Shown here: piece by piece, positions 1-12,860 of the stretch | Position numbering within the stretch: position 1 is the stretch's first letter | How the letters are laid out: each line of letters opens with the position of its first letter | Source: Octopus sinensis | Lineage: Eukaryota | Reading direction: 5' to 3' | DNA length: 64,000 nt | NCBI RefSeq assembly: GCF_006345805.1 | Contig: NC_043005.1 | Location: 48,484,001 to 48,548,000 of the forward strand | Notes under the pieces: generated by a model | Seen by the model: only the letters and a program-made list of their open reading frames with translations | The model's database searches: none | What the model was told of the DNA's origin: nothing | Program-made: the position numbers and the translations under genes

Positions 1-31
1 CTATCATGCATAATATTACCTATGTACATAA

Positions 32-445
32 GACGGCGAGCTGGCAGAAACGTTAGCACGCCGGGCAAAATGCTTAGCGATATTTCGTGTCTTTACGTTC
101 TGAGTTCAAATTCCGCCGAGGTCGACTGCGCCTTTCATCCTTTTAGGGGTCGATAAATCAAGTACCAGTTGCGTACTGGGGTCGATCTAATCGACTGGCA
201 CCCCACTCCCCAAATTTCTAGCCTTGTACCTAGATTAGAAAAGAATATCATCTAAGTAGCTAAAGGCGGTGAACCGACAGAATCGTTAGCACGCCGGGGT
301 AATGCCTAGCGGCATTTCTTCTGCCTTTACGTTTTGAGATTCTCCTAGAATTGTCTTTGCTTTTTGTTCTTTCGGAATCGATAAAAAAAGTACCAGTTGA
401 ACACTAACGCCGATGTAATCGACTTATCTCCCCAAAATTTGAAAC
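32..445 (+). mobile_element. Two tandem SINE family A copies (tRNA-derived head; second copy decayed)
   Basis: Head GGCGAGCTGGCAGAAACGTTAGCACGCCGGGC, B-box-like GAGTTCAAATTCC, body GTCGACT..GCCTTTCATCCTTT..GGGGTCGATAAAT.AAGTACCAG. The same sequence recurs more than 20 times in the window. Confidence 0.9.
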
Positions 446-446
446 C

Positions 447-705
447 AGTATTATCTATGTAGCTATCACGCTAAATAATTATATAGCCATCACAATAATA
501 TATATACATATTCTTATTTTTTTACTTGTTTCAGTCATTTGACTACATGCTGGAGTACTGCCTTTAGACGAACAAATCGCCCCCTGGACGTATTCTTTGT
601 AAACGTAGTACTTATTCTATTGGTCTCTTTTGCCGAACCGCTAGATTGTGGAGACGTAAACACACCAACATCGGTGGGGGTACAAACACACACACACACA
701 CACAG

Positions 706-747
<42 letters not shown>

Positions 748-1000
748 GACGACGAGCTTCTTTCAGTTTCCCTCTACCAAATCCACTCACAGGCTTCGGT
801 CGGCCCGAGGCTTTAGTAGAAGACATTTGCCCAAGGTGCCACGCAGTGGGACTGAACCCGGAATCATGTGGTTGGGAAGCAAGCTTCTTTCCACACAGCC
901 ACTCATCACACTAAATAATATCTATGTACCCATTACATTAAACAATATCTACGTATCTATAGCATTAAATAATATCAATGTAAGTAAATAATATCTACGT
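447..1000 (+). repeat. ~27-bp minisatellite (ATCACACTAAATAATATCTATGTAGCT-like) interrupted by a SINE B insertion
   Basis: Degenerate units at ~447-500 and ~903-1000. The reverse complement of the same unit occurs at 2313-2520. Confidence 0.7.
518..901 (-). mobile_element. SINE family B (bipartite, internal CA/TA microsatellite)
   Basis: Reverse complement of head GTGGCTGTGTGG.AAGAAGCTTGCTTCCCAACCACATG, ACCTTGGGCAA..GTCTT motif (CORE-like), internal microsatellite, and tail ...CAGTCAAATGACTGAAACAAGTAAAA. Confidence 0.9.
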
Positions 1001-1101
1001 ATTCTGTTGTGTCTGGGGAGAGTCATTTTCTTTTTGTACCGGTGAGTGTGTCACATTATAAGGCACAAAAAGAAAATGACTCTCCCAAGACACAACGGAA
1101 T
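1001..1101. repeat. 37-bp inverted repeat with 27-nt spacer (MITE-like remnant)
   Basis: Arm 1001-1037 pairs with arm 1065-1101 with one G-T and one G-A mismatch. Confidence 0.8.
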
Positions 1102-1614
1102 ATGCTTCAACTCACGAACTCATATAAAGGATCTTGCAAACCAAATCCAAAAACGAAATATCTACGTATCTGTCACTGTAAATAGCTACTCGCAGCACCC
1201 GTAGAAATTCCATAATCCTTTTTTGTGTCACAGTGTCACCAACTCCCCTGTTAGGAATTTTAACCTCTCATTTCCTTCATAATATTTTAATGAGTTTCTT
1301 GTTTACTTAAAAATACTGCAGAAACTTAGCAAATAAATATATTGTTTTATAATAATTGAAATAAGGCTTGAACTGCAATAATTAAATAGCCTTTATTGGC
1401 AAGAAAGACGATTCTAGCGGATATTTTATTTTTGATATTTTTCTCTTTTTATTATACAGTGCTAGTCAAAATAGATAAATGTACGTACGCGGGCACTCAT
1501 AATAGCAAACGCACAACTACACATTCAAGGAACTTTTGGTTATTATATTAGTTGTGGTGTAGACAACAGTGGTCGTAGAAGAGGAAGTGATACATTGGTG
1601 ATGATAATATATAT

Positions 1615-2047
1615 TTCTTTACTACTCACAAGGGGCCAAACAAGGACAGATAAACGGATTAACCCGATTATATAGGATCTCAGTGCGTAATTGGTACTTA
1701 ATTAATCGACCTCGAAAGGATGAAAGGCAAAGTCGACCTCAGCGGAATTGGAACTCAGAACGTAACAGCAGACGAAATACGGCTACGCATTTCGCCCGGC
1801 GTGCTAACGTTTCTTATTTCTTTACTACCCACAAGGGGCTAAACACACAGAGAGGACAAACAAGGACAGACAAACATAATAAGTCGATTACATCGACCCC
1901 AGTGCGTAATTGGTACTTAATTTATCGACCCCGAAAGGATGAAAGGCAAAGTCGACCTCGGCGGAATTTGAACTCAGAACGTAACGGCAGACGAAATACG
2001 GCTTACGCATTTCGCCCGGCGTGCTAACGTTTCTGCCAGCTCGCCGC
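1615..2047 (-). mobile_element. Two tandem SINE family A copies
   Basis: Reverse complement of the family A consensus twice; tail variant GTCTGTCCTTGTTTGTCCTCTCTGTGTTTAGCCCCTTGTG. Confidence 0.9.
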
Positions 2048-2312
2048 CTTATTGGTGATAATAATGAATGGAGAATGAATCAGTGGGGAAGTGGAAAAGT
2101 GAGAAAGAGAAAGACAGAATTCCTAGAAGTGAGAGGCTTTGCAATGTCACTGCGTCTTTATCTCATTCTCTCTCCCTCACTACCTATCTCTCCGCCGCCG
2201 CCACCTCCGCTATCACGTCTACCATAACAACAAGCAGTTTTCTTTTTCGAACTGTTGACTTATTATTGAGTGTGACATTTGCAGAGATCTTATTTAGCAT
2301 GATAGATACATG

Positions 2313-2520
2313 AATATTATTTAGCGTGATAGCTATATAAATATTAAGTATGATAGTTATATCGATACTATTAAGTGTGATAGCTACATATATTTTATTC
2401 AGTGTGATAGTTACATAGGTATTATTTAGTGTAATAGTTATATAGATATCACTTAGATAGCTATATAGATATTATTTAGTGTTATAGTTACCTGGATATT
2501 ACTGCTACAGTTACATAGAT
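2313..2520 (-). repeat. ~27-bp minisatellite, about 7 decayed units
   Basis: Repeating ATATTATTTAGTGTGATAGCTACATAG-like unit, inverted relative to the array at 447-1000. Confidence 0.75.
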
Positions 2521-3217
2521 ACATATTTCCTCTGACTCTTCATTTAGACAGTAAGTATCGGTTCCATTCATTCCATATAGCGTGCAGTTACTCTGCCCCT
2601 CAGTGATACTCTTCCAAACAGTCAAGCTTCTACGATGTATGAGTAGACGTTGCTAAGGCATTTGAGTGTGTCTTATAAAGCACAATAAACAGCAATACGT
2701 CGAAATCATTGATTAAAACCTTAAAACCTAATCTTGTTACTCAGAGCAGTCAAAAGGAATTAAATATACATTTTTTCAAACGAGAATCACGTTCTCTGTA
2801 TACGAAACTGGTACGTTCTTTAATTCATTAGGGTTTTTGTGAAATTGTATTTGACATTGACGGCTATCGGCTGAAATATATTCGTATATCTATATTTCAA
2901 AGAGCGTGAATCTATGAGAATGAAAATGCTAATTCATAACACGTTTTTGTTATTAGACTTCTACAAATCTGACATTAGATATCATAATGTATCACTTTCA
3001 AATGGAAAAGCGCGGTTTAAAATGCAAATATAATTCAGGAAGAAAATTGTTTTGTCCTGAATACGATTTGATTGTTATCGAAGTGTTTGTCCGGTTTCGC
3101 GTGGCATTTTTGCCTAAACTACATGAGCTTAATGAAAGAGCTTTGTTTGAGGTCGTTCACATTGCTAGAAATAGTAATAAAAACTCTTTTAAATTTTACC
3201 CTACTTTACATCCTTGA

Positions 3218-3655
3218 AAAAGGATGTATACACTAAATAAAGCAGTAACGTCTGAATAAAAGATATAATGATCGAGGCTGTATTGTGTTTGACCACAGGC
3301 TTCTTGATATTAAGGTTGGACTAAATCTAAACACCCACTTAAAGTGCATAAGATAAGGAAGGGGTCTCAACATAGTCGTTGGAAATCTCGAGAACTAACA
3401 ACCAAACCTCTCTTAAAATCTGAAGAAGGAACGGAGGTTGAGTCCTATAATTGTAGATGCAATTTCTGAATAAAAGATAGGATGGTCACGGTAGGAATGC
3501 TTTTAATCAAAGGTATGCTCTATTTGAAATTATATATGTGTAAACAACAACAGCTTTAATAGCAAGATAACAAATAATCTTTACGTAGCCTCTTAGCCTG
3601 CTAGAAATAACAGCCAAATCAGCCCCACAACCCAACATCCCTGTCTTACAGAACG
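3218..3655 (+). repeat. Decayed copies of a LINE/SINE 3' tail (family D)
   Basis: Motifs CTGCTAGAAATAACAGCCAAATC and GGATGGTCACGG..GGAATGC..TT.ATCA ending in AAACAACAAC; similar to 33065-33275, 37745-37895 and 39365-39585. Confidence 0.55.
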
Positions 3656-3971
3656 TAGGGCTCCTTAGATAGTTTTTTATCTGTTAGTCTGAAGGCAAGA
3701 CAGTATCCACGACCCTCCAAGACTGATGGGGGAGAAAGAGATAGGCATCCTCGACTGGAATCTGCAACAGAGTGAACTCCGCAACCAATGTGCTAAATAG
3801 TGATGTTAAATGTAGAGATAGATTGTCTGCCACCCAGTGTACTCCTAGGTATACTACTCCAGTTGGTGACCAGTTGGAATGCCTTCTTATCTGGTAGAAG
3901 CGGACTCGCGTTAAGGAGTAATGACGTACTAGACTACTATAAGTAAAAATGTATGTATATGTATGTATATA

Positions 3972-4009
<38 letters not shown>

Positions 4010-4018
4010 CTTCTCATG

Positions 4019-4081
<63 letters not shown>

Positions 4082-4102
4082 ATATATATGTATGTATATA
4101 TA

Positions 4103-4190
4103 CGCTCGAAACGTTAAACTATATTTGTACCACGTCCTCGCGTTGTTGTTTTTTTTGTGTGTTTTCTTGTTTGGATTAACTATATATATA
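4103..4190 (+). mobile_element. Truncated Penelope-like mini-element (3' half of hammerhead core)
   Basis: GCTCGAAACGTTAAA followed by CCACGTCCTCGCGTTGTTG, as at 24383-24495; embedded in (TA)n. Confidence 0.6.
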
Positions 4191-4329
4191 TATATGTATA
4201 TGTATATGTATATATATTTATATACATATATGTGTATATATATATGTATATATATATACATGTTATATATATTTATGTATACATATATATATATATATAT
4301 GTATAGATATATGTATATATGTATATATA

Positions 4330-4386
<57 letters not shown>

Positions 4387-4659
4387 ATACAAAGTAAGAT
4401 AGGGGTTATGAGTTTAACCCACTATGGGATAGCATTTATACAATATATTGTTGGTACAGTACCCAGATTCATAATACATAAATGCTTTTAATTGCAATGC
4501 AATTAACTCATTTATGGTATCAAACGGGTGAAGGTAGAGAAATATTACCGTAAATTCATAATACAAATATGAAAATGGAGAAACAAATTTAGTTTGTTCA
4601 TCAACTTTCGGATATAAGATAAGAAATACAAATTATAAAAGTCATAATATAAATTAATA

Positions 4660-4707
<48 letters not shown>

Positions 4708-7359
4708 ATACAGATATCATTTAATGTAAACAGTATAAATGTAATTAAATGATATTTATCTTTCATTTTTTTGTTGATCTTACCTTAACGGAACCGCAAC
4801 CCACACATACACGTATATAAGAAAGTGTCAACCACAGATGTATTCGATCACCAAGTCACTCGAATCGAAAATAAATATTCTAAGTTGCTTTCTCTTCTAA
4901 CAACTGTAATCGCCTGCTATCTTGAAAAGAAGTTGTTGATCTCTAATATGAGCACAAAGTCAATCTAGCAAGAAACACGAATATTTCTAATTATATATTA
5001 CATCATAAGATTTGTTATTAATCACAACTTAAGGTTTATTAGACCGAAAACATTGCCTTTGGAAATCAAAAAAGAAATGCTGTTTCTCATGGAACAGAGA
5101 TACACTAGCATTAAGACAGTGTGTCAACAGAGTGAAAATGTAATGTTGCAATTTTTAAAATGGGAGAATTTTTATACAGAAAAATTTGAGAGTCGAGGAG
5201 GAAATTGGAATACTCCAGAGCGACAGTTTTTTTAATTTTTTAGGTTGAAATCACGTATTTCAAATGAAGTTATTTTCCTTAATGCTTATGAGTACGCCGA
5301 TGTTGACTTAATGTAAGGCTGTTAGAATCGTTATCACATTGGATAATATGCTTAGCAGTAGCCACATCTACACGTGCTTGAAAAATCTAAGTCGTCTGGA
5401 TCAGGACAGTTAAACAATAAAACCGTCTGGCACCTAATTAAAATTTTGAACTTTTGCATAAAGTAAAAAAAAAGCAATGAGAATTTATTTATTTCTCTCG
5501 AGTGTAAAATAACCATCGCATGAGATAATCGTTAGTAAAGATCCGAGTTGAATCATTAGTAAGGATCCAATTTTCTAGTAGTAATTGTTTTGGGCTTTCA
5601 TATGAGCCTAAAACAATTGATAAAGGCATGAACGTCATATAATCTCACTGTTCCCCCACCATTTCATCGCTTCCGAGAGTTTGTGTGTTCAATTAAGAAA
5701 TCAATAACGTTAAGAAAAGAAAATCTCATTGAATTACATCGAATGACAAAGCACTTCACTGATAAGTTAGAGTTTGACATTTACACAACTGCCCTACATA
5801 CGTATCACTGCTTGTTATAAACAATAGCCATTGAGTGAACTGCTCCACTGAAAGGAGGAAGAGAGAATAAGAAGAGAACGGAATAGACTAGATAACCAGA
5901 TATGCGGGCGATAAGGATGTTGCACTCCCTGAGGGTAACACGTAGGGCTCCTTATATAGTAGTAGCAAGAAAAGTGTAATTTCACCGATCGGTGTGCTGT
6001 CAACTCGTGAGATATAACTGAAGTGTTGGAGTACATTCTACAGACACAATGACTAAGAACTTAGGTCTTTACGTCTATTGTCGTCTACGGCTAGTTCTAT
6101 TTTTCAACTAATGAAGATGTTCTCTCACAGCAGCGAAATCTATTACAAACTAGCTTCTCCTGTCATGCATCTTAATGTTTAACTCAGAGATAATCAGTTT
6201 AAAGTGACAATATCTCATTCTGGAAACGATGCTGCTTTCTCTACTATAAACTCTATCTTCTGGCAAAAAGAAGAAAAATAGAAAGCTATTATTATCACAA
6301 ACCATGCACAAGGAATAAATATATTGATAGCGAACAACTAACCATCTCTCGGGTCGGAATTGTTTTGATTACTCAAAAGTTTTAGCCGTAAAACCTATTC
6401 CACTACTCAACAGTTATCTCATATCAAACAATGATATAGTGAAGGATATTTATAAGATTACGAATAACTCGTGAGAATTTCCTTGGTGAGAGGTGTAAGG
6501 CATTGCAGTCGGAAGAAAAGGTGGGACTGGTTTTATCTTAATAGCTTGGGATCGAACCTAAGTGCTTTGCATTATCTTCATTGTGGCCATAATACATTAA
6601 ATTTCTGTGTTCAAATCTATTCTACTTCAGTAAATTAGCTGGCTAAGTTTGAGATAACTAGACATAGAGACGTTTATATACACATGATGTTTATAAAGAA
6701 ATAAGTGACGGATAAATTTCATTTTAAAATCATGATAGCTTTGTGCTAATTTGTGAAACTTTCGAACATATGTTTTAAAAAGCAAAACACCTGGGGTCGC
6801 GGTGTACGAACACTTCGTATGACAGCGAATTGTAGGCAGTACACTCTTCACAATAATACAACATTCAAGTATTTCACATGAGATATCTCCAAACAATCCT
6901 TGGCATCCACAGTAGTGAGGTACATGCCAAATGTGGACACTCCACCATGTTCAGTTTCCAGCGAGATTGACGACGTAGATGATTGGGACTTGTATTAACG
7001 ATGGTCAAGACCCACAGTGGTAAACTGTCATCCGAGTAGAGGCAAAGTTCACCCGCAGCTGAAATATAAGGAAGCTTGCGTGTGTAATATGGAAGTAACT
7101 AGCATCAGCCTTCATTACTGAGTAGTCAACGAAGACAAAATTCTAGAAAAAACAGCAAAAACTTGGATGGATAAGACTGGCATGTAAAAGTTACGTATTT
7201 ACAACGAAAATTCCCAGACAATACCCGTAATATCCATACAAAAATCACCAGTGTTTTTATTCTACGCTGGAAACTGTATTTGGAAACTGAGCACTTGAAT
7301 TTATAGCCCTTCATCATTCGTATCAACAGGCACTCTCGGGAACTTACACACATACATAT

Positions 7360-7570
7360 GCGGTGAGCTGGCAGAACTGTTCGCACGCCGGGCAAAATGC
7401 TTAGCTGTATTTCTTCCGTCTTTATGTTCTGAGTTCAAATTCAGCCGAGACCGACTTTGCCTCTCATCCCTCCGATGTCGATAAACTAAGCAACAGTTGG
7501 GCACTGGTGTCGATGCAATCGACTTACACCCTTCCCCTAATTGCTGGCCTTGTGCCCAAATTTAAAACTA
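7360..7570 (+). mobile_element. SINE family A
   Basis: Matches the family A consensus. Confidence 0.85.
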
Positions 7571-7604
7571 ATATTTTTTACATAGTATTGATATATGGAG
7601 TAGA

Positions 7605-7970
7605 TGCATATCCTCTTCTTCATCTGTCCATTGTAGGTCAACGTTGACTGTTCCTGTTCAGCAATCATCTCCGGCAGGCTCGACTGTGGGCCACCGGGCC
7701 TGCTCTTGATCTGCAGCAACGATGACATCCGCTGCAAGTGAGGCTACTTGAAGCACAGGAGAAGTGACGCTTCTCATGTGCTCTTTCGATATTGTCTTTG
7801 TTGTTTCTCCTCAATGGCTGGAATTATGCGCTTTAGCGATCGTTGCCATTCATCTCGCTACAGGAAATTCTCCTCGCAAGTGTCAGGGGAGATGTTGGAG
7901 TTCTTCATATGTCTCTTCAGCAAATCCTTGTATCACAACCTCTGGCCACAACGGATCTGCTTGTCCTAAC
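7605..7970 (-). pseudogene. RTE-clade LINE, decayed ORF C-terminus plus 3' UTR
   Basis: Manual translation: GQRL*YKDLLKRHMKNSNISPDTCEENFL*RDEWQRSL, then after a frameshift LTCSGCHRCCRSRAGPVAHSRACRR*. This matches the RTE C-terminal pattern (GQ..RYKD.LK ... C..C.R.C.SR.GL.SH.R); it contains stops and a frameshift. Confidence 0.8.
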
Positions 7971-8520
7971 GCAATTCAGCATAGAAAATGTAAAATATAT
8001 ATGGTAAATATCTACACAATATTTATATAAGATCAATCGACAGATAGAAATTTAAGAGAATTGGGTTTGTCAATATCATTGTATAAAAATGAACTTCCTC
8101 ACTTACTTTGTGGTTATCGATCCTGATAGGATGACATCTTAAGCTAACCTCAAAGGCGCTCTCCATAATTTGGGAAACTGAAACACAAAACGTAATGAAT
8201 TAGAGCAAATACTGCAATACATATTTCCGAAAGTTTAACAACAGAATTTAGGAAAAGTATAGTGGAGTAAATATAGTAAGCAAAAAAAAACAAAAAAACT
8301 TGCAGGACTATTAAAACTCACAGAAACTAATTTTTAATAGCTGCAAGGGATATTGTTGTTTCGGAGATGCTATGAAAATTTCGACATATCTTGAAATAAA
8401 CGGTAAGTGAATATAATAGGGTTATGCGTGTGCTGTTAAGTGGCCGGAATAGTTCTTTCACAAATTTACTGCTTATGTTTAAACACATGGTCTCAGAGTA
8501 GGTCAGATCATTTGGCAAAA

Positions 8521-8900
8521 CAAGCGTGGCTGTGTGGTAAGAAGTTTGCTTCCTCACCAGGTTTCTGGGTTCAGTTCCACTGTATGGCACCTTGGGAAAG
8601 TGTCTTCTACCATTGCCTCGAACCCACCAAAGCCTTGTGAGTAGATTTGGAAGAGGAAAACTGAAAGAAACCCATCGTATATATATGTGTGTGTCCACCA
8701 CAACCGCTTAACAACCGGTGTTCGTGTATTTACGTCCCAGTAACTTGGCGATCCGAGGAAAAAAGACGGATAAAATAAGTACCAGGCTTTAGAAATTTTT
8801 TTTAAAATGAAACAAGTACTTAGGTTAATCCGTTCGACTAAAATTCTTCAAGGTGGCGCCACATCATGACCGCAGTATATTGACTGAAACAAGTAAAACA
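8521..8900 (+). mobile_element. SINE family B
   Basis: Head GCGTGGCTGTGTGGTAAGAAGTTTGCTTC, short internal TA/TG tract, tail TGACTGAAACAAGTAAAA. Confidence 0.85.
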
Positions 8901-8924
8901 TTTTCAAAAATGTTTACCCTTGTG

Positions 8925-9665
8925 GGTAATAAAGAAATAGGTATGTCGTCTGCCGCTACGTTCTGAGTTCAAATTCCGCCGAGGTCGACTTTGCCTTTCA
9001 TCCTTTCGGGGTCGATTAAATAAGTACCAATTACGCACTGGGGTCGATATAATCGACATAATCCACTTTTGTCAGTCCTTGTTTGTCCTCTCTGTGTTTA
9101 GCCCCTTGTGAGTAGTAAAGAAATAGGTATTTCGTCTGTCTTATGTTCTGAGTTCAAATTCCACCGAGGTCGGCTTTACCTTTCATCCTTTCGGAGTCGG
9201 AGTCGATAAATTAAGTATCAATTGCGTACTGGGTCGATATAATCGACTGGAGCCCTCCCCCAAAATTTCGGGCCTTGTGCCTAGAGTAGGAAAAGTATTT
9301 CGTCTATCTTTACGTCCTGAGTTCAAATTCCGTCGATGTCGACTTTGCCTTACATCCTTTCGGGGTCGATAAAGTAAGTGCCATTTGAGCACTGGGGACG
9401 ATGTAATAGACTTTTCCCGGTCCCTTGAAACTGCTGCTCTTGTACCAAAATCTGAAACCAATACGCAGCGAACTGGCAGAATCGTTAGCATGCTGGGCGA
9501 AATGCTTAGTTCAGATTCTTGAGTTCAAATTCCGCCGAGGTCGACTTTGTCTTTCATCCTTTCAGAGTAGATAACAGAAGCAGCAGTTAAGCACATGAGT
9601 CGGTGCAATCAACTTATACCCTACCCCACGAAATTGGTGGTTTTGTGCCAAAATTTGAAGCCATT
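8925..9665 (+). mobile_element. Cluster of about 4 tandem SINE A copies (some headless)
   Basis: TTCTGAGTTCAAATTCC..CGAGGTCGACTTT repeated at ~8960, 9145, 9315 and 9520. Confidence 0.9.
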
Positions 9666-10324
9666 ATTTTCAACAGCTAATATACAAGCAACCATTCTCC
9701 TTTTTTGAATAGAAAACGGTTTTAAGTAACTATTCTTTGAGAAACGTTACTGAACTTCACAAACACGAAATGCGAAATTTTGATAAGAATAAGATTTTTA
9801 TCTCTTAACGAATACGTAACAGCATATGATTGTAGTTTTATCCAAGCCAGACAAGCTTATGCAGATGGGAATTATTCCCATTTATACAGCGTCACTTGTA
9901 TGAGAGGCATGTTTCTCCTGAGATTCGTTGTTATTGAATCGAGAAATTGTTACTGTAGTTTCGGAACTCCTTAAACGAAACTACTAAATTGTTATACAAA
10001 GGAAAGGCAATTTGACATTTTGCTCTTCGATCGATTCCATTATTAAATCGACAAGTAACTTGTTTTATCGATCATGAAGAAATGAAAGGTTAAAATCTAA
10101 CCAACCGTTATTTGAACCATAAATATGTTGCTCTCGGAATTGTTAACAACTAGCATCAATTCTAAGGCTCTTATGTCTGTGCCAAATCAACTGTATAATA
10201 AATATAGGGCTCTCCAAATAAAGGCTGAAAGGTAAACGATTTCAGTTTTCATGACCGTAATATGAGCTACTTTCCTAAGAAGGGTTTATGATAACATAAA
10301 ATAATGGTTTTGAATTTTAGCACA

Positions 10325-11025
10325 AGACCTGCAATTTTAGGGGAAGTGCATTAGTCAGTCATATCACCTCAGGGCTTGACAGGTATTTTGTTTTATAGTC
10401 CCCGAAATGAATGAGAAACGTAGTTGACATCGGCGGGATTTGAACGCTTAAAGTCGAGAGATATACCGTCAAGCGTTTTGTCTGATGTGCTAACGATTCT
10501 GCCAGCTCGCGCTTTACTCACTACTGATATGTGTCGCAAATTTTAACACAATTTTACGGGAGTTGAGCTAGTCATTTACATTGACTTTAGTATTTGAGTG
10601 GTACTTTATTTTGTCGACTTCACAAGCGATGAAAGGAAAAACTGACCTCCGCGAGATTTGAACTCGCAATGTAAAGAGTTTATCGACCCCGAAAAGATGA
10701 AAGGTAAAGTCGACTTCGGCAGAATTAAAATTTTAAATGTTAAAAGGGAGGAAATGCTGCTCAGCATTTTTTTCGTCGTCCTAATAATTCTACCAGCTCA
10801 CCGCCTTAATAATAATGGTTTCAAATTTTGACACAAGTCCAGCAAGTTCAGAGAAGGAGTAAGTTGATTACACCAACCCCAGTGCTCAATTGATACTTAT
10901 TTTATCAACCCCGAAATGATGAAAGACGAAGTCGACCTCGGTAGAATTTGAACTCAAAAGTAAAGACGAACGAAATGCTACTAAGCATTTTACCCAGTGT
11001 GCTAACGATTCTACCAGCTCGCCGC
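10325..11025 (-). mobile_element. Cluster of about 4 SINE A copies in reverse orientation
   Basis: GATGAAAGG.AAAGTCGAC...ATTTGAAC and CCAGCTCGCCGCC motifs repeated. Confidence 0.85.
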
Positions 11026-11029
11026 CATC

Positions 11030-11891
11030 CTACTTCTGGAGACCTTCTGACAAATTCTCGCATATTAGAAAGCAAAATGACCCACGTTACACGACAAAAA
11101 CAGTGAAGTTTGGTGGTGGGGGAGCTAAGAGTTTGATGCTTTGGGGATACATAAAAAGTGATGGTTCAAGAAAGCTGGTTAAAATTGACGGTAACTTGAA
11201 TAGTGCCAAATACATCCAGTTGCTGAATAGCAATTTGATACCAGACTTGGATGAAGGTGAGATTTTCAGCATGAGGGAGGTCCATGCCACAGATCGCATG
11301 CAGCACAACAGAGTCTATCTGATGAAGGTGTTACCGTATTGAAAGATTGGTCAGCTCAGAGCCCTGACTTAAATATCATCGAGCAAGAGTGGACAGAACT
11401 AAAAGAAGAGTTCGTCAGAAGAAGCCACGCAACCGTAAAGAGTTGTGGGAGCTCAGCCACACAGAATGGCATCTTATATCTATGAAGATGGTGAAGGATT
11501 TGTACGCATCTCTTCCAAAGCACATTGAAGAAATTATTCAAGCTATGGGAAGTCACATGAAATAGTAACAATGAGCAGTAAATTCTTGAAATGAGCATCA
11601 TGTCATAAATCTTCATTATAGATATTTTTCTGTTTTAAGACATTGTATCTTGATTGGTTTATGTGAGGTGGCTGAACATTTTTACACGGTCATTTTTGGT
11701 GGTCGTCTCGAATCTTCCCCTCTCATTCAGAACCGCTACTAGAATATATAATGATTAGGTATGGAAATGACTCCAACAGGGCCAGTGTTTCATTTGTAAA
11801 AAACGCTATGTGAAACATCTACTTATAAGTTGGCAATAAGTAGAAATTTACAATAGTTTATAGTTGCCGAAGACTTTTGCACAGTATTGTA
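11030..11891 (+). mobile_element. Tc1-family transposon, 3' half with right terminus
   Basis: Frameshifted transposase: TVKFGGG..LMLWGYI...GNLNSAKYIQLL / FQHEGGPCH...WSAQSPDLNIIE..W / LYASLPKHIEEIIQAMG. Terminus ...ACTTTTGCACAGTATTG followed by TA at 11890-11891. Confidence 0.9.
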
Positions 11892-11918
11892 ATTTTTTCT
11901 CTGTGTATGTATGTCGAC

Positions 11919-11955
<37 letters not shown>

Positions 11956-12329
11956 GCTGCCTATTTCCTGTTATTTCTCGTAAGACATTTTTGTTTACAT
12001 TATGAAAATTAACTAGGGCTTAAATACGTTCGTCTCTTTGGCTGCTGGATTTAAGTCGCTTGTTGAGGTAGAAACCCGTGTCCACAACCGTCCTCCTTCC
12101 TCAAGACAATACGCCTGTCTTTTTCTTTAATGGCACGTCAAATTCGGCGAAATCTTGAGATTATCACTTATTCTGATCTAGAGCTGTTCTTAACTGAGAT
12201 TTGACAATTACAACACATCCTCTGGGGACAGAGACACTTTTAATAAATCAAAAACTTGTGTTGCATAATATTTGACATAACTGCGTTTGTGTTTGTACCT
12301 GTGTGTTCACGCGCGCGTGCGTGTGTGTA

Positions 12330-12517
12330 GGCGCAGACGTAGCTGTGTGGTAAGACTTTTCAACCACATGGCTTCGGGTTCAGTCCCACTGCTTGTCACT
12401 TTAAGTAATTGTCTTCCACTATAGCTTCGGATCGACCAAGGCCTTGTGAGTGGATTTGATTGATGAGAACTTAAAGAAACCCATCATACATACATATGTG
12501 TATGTATGTATGTGCGT

Positions 12518-12559
<42 letters not shown>

Positions 12560-12745
12560 TCACCACCGCTTGAAAACCGATGTTGGAGTGCTTACGTTCA
12601 AGTACCTTAGGAGTTCGGCAGAGGATACCGATGGAAAAAGTACCAGGCTTAAACAAAAGTAAGTGCTGAGGTCGATTCACTATACTAAATTGTTCTTCAA
12701 GACGGTACTCCAGTATAGCCGCAGTCTAATAACCTAAATAAGTTA
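12330..12745 (+). mobile_element. SINE family B
   Basis: Head, internal (TG)n and tail all present. Confidence 0.85.
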
Positions 12746-12756
12746 AAGGTTTTATA

Positions 12757-12765
12757 TAGATAGAT

Positions 12766-12860
<95 letters not shown>
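12757..12860 (+). repeat. (GATA)n microsatellite
   Basis: Direct reading. Confidence 0.98.

Noticed and set aside
6129-6259. Minus-strand exon with strong acceptor and GTGAG donor
   Set aside because: All three frames contain stops. It shows how easily splice-like signals arise by chance here; at best a non-coding exon.
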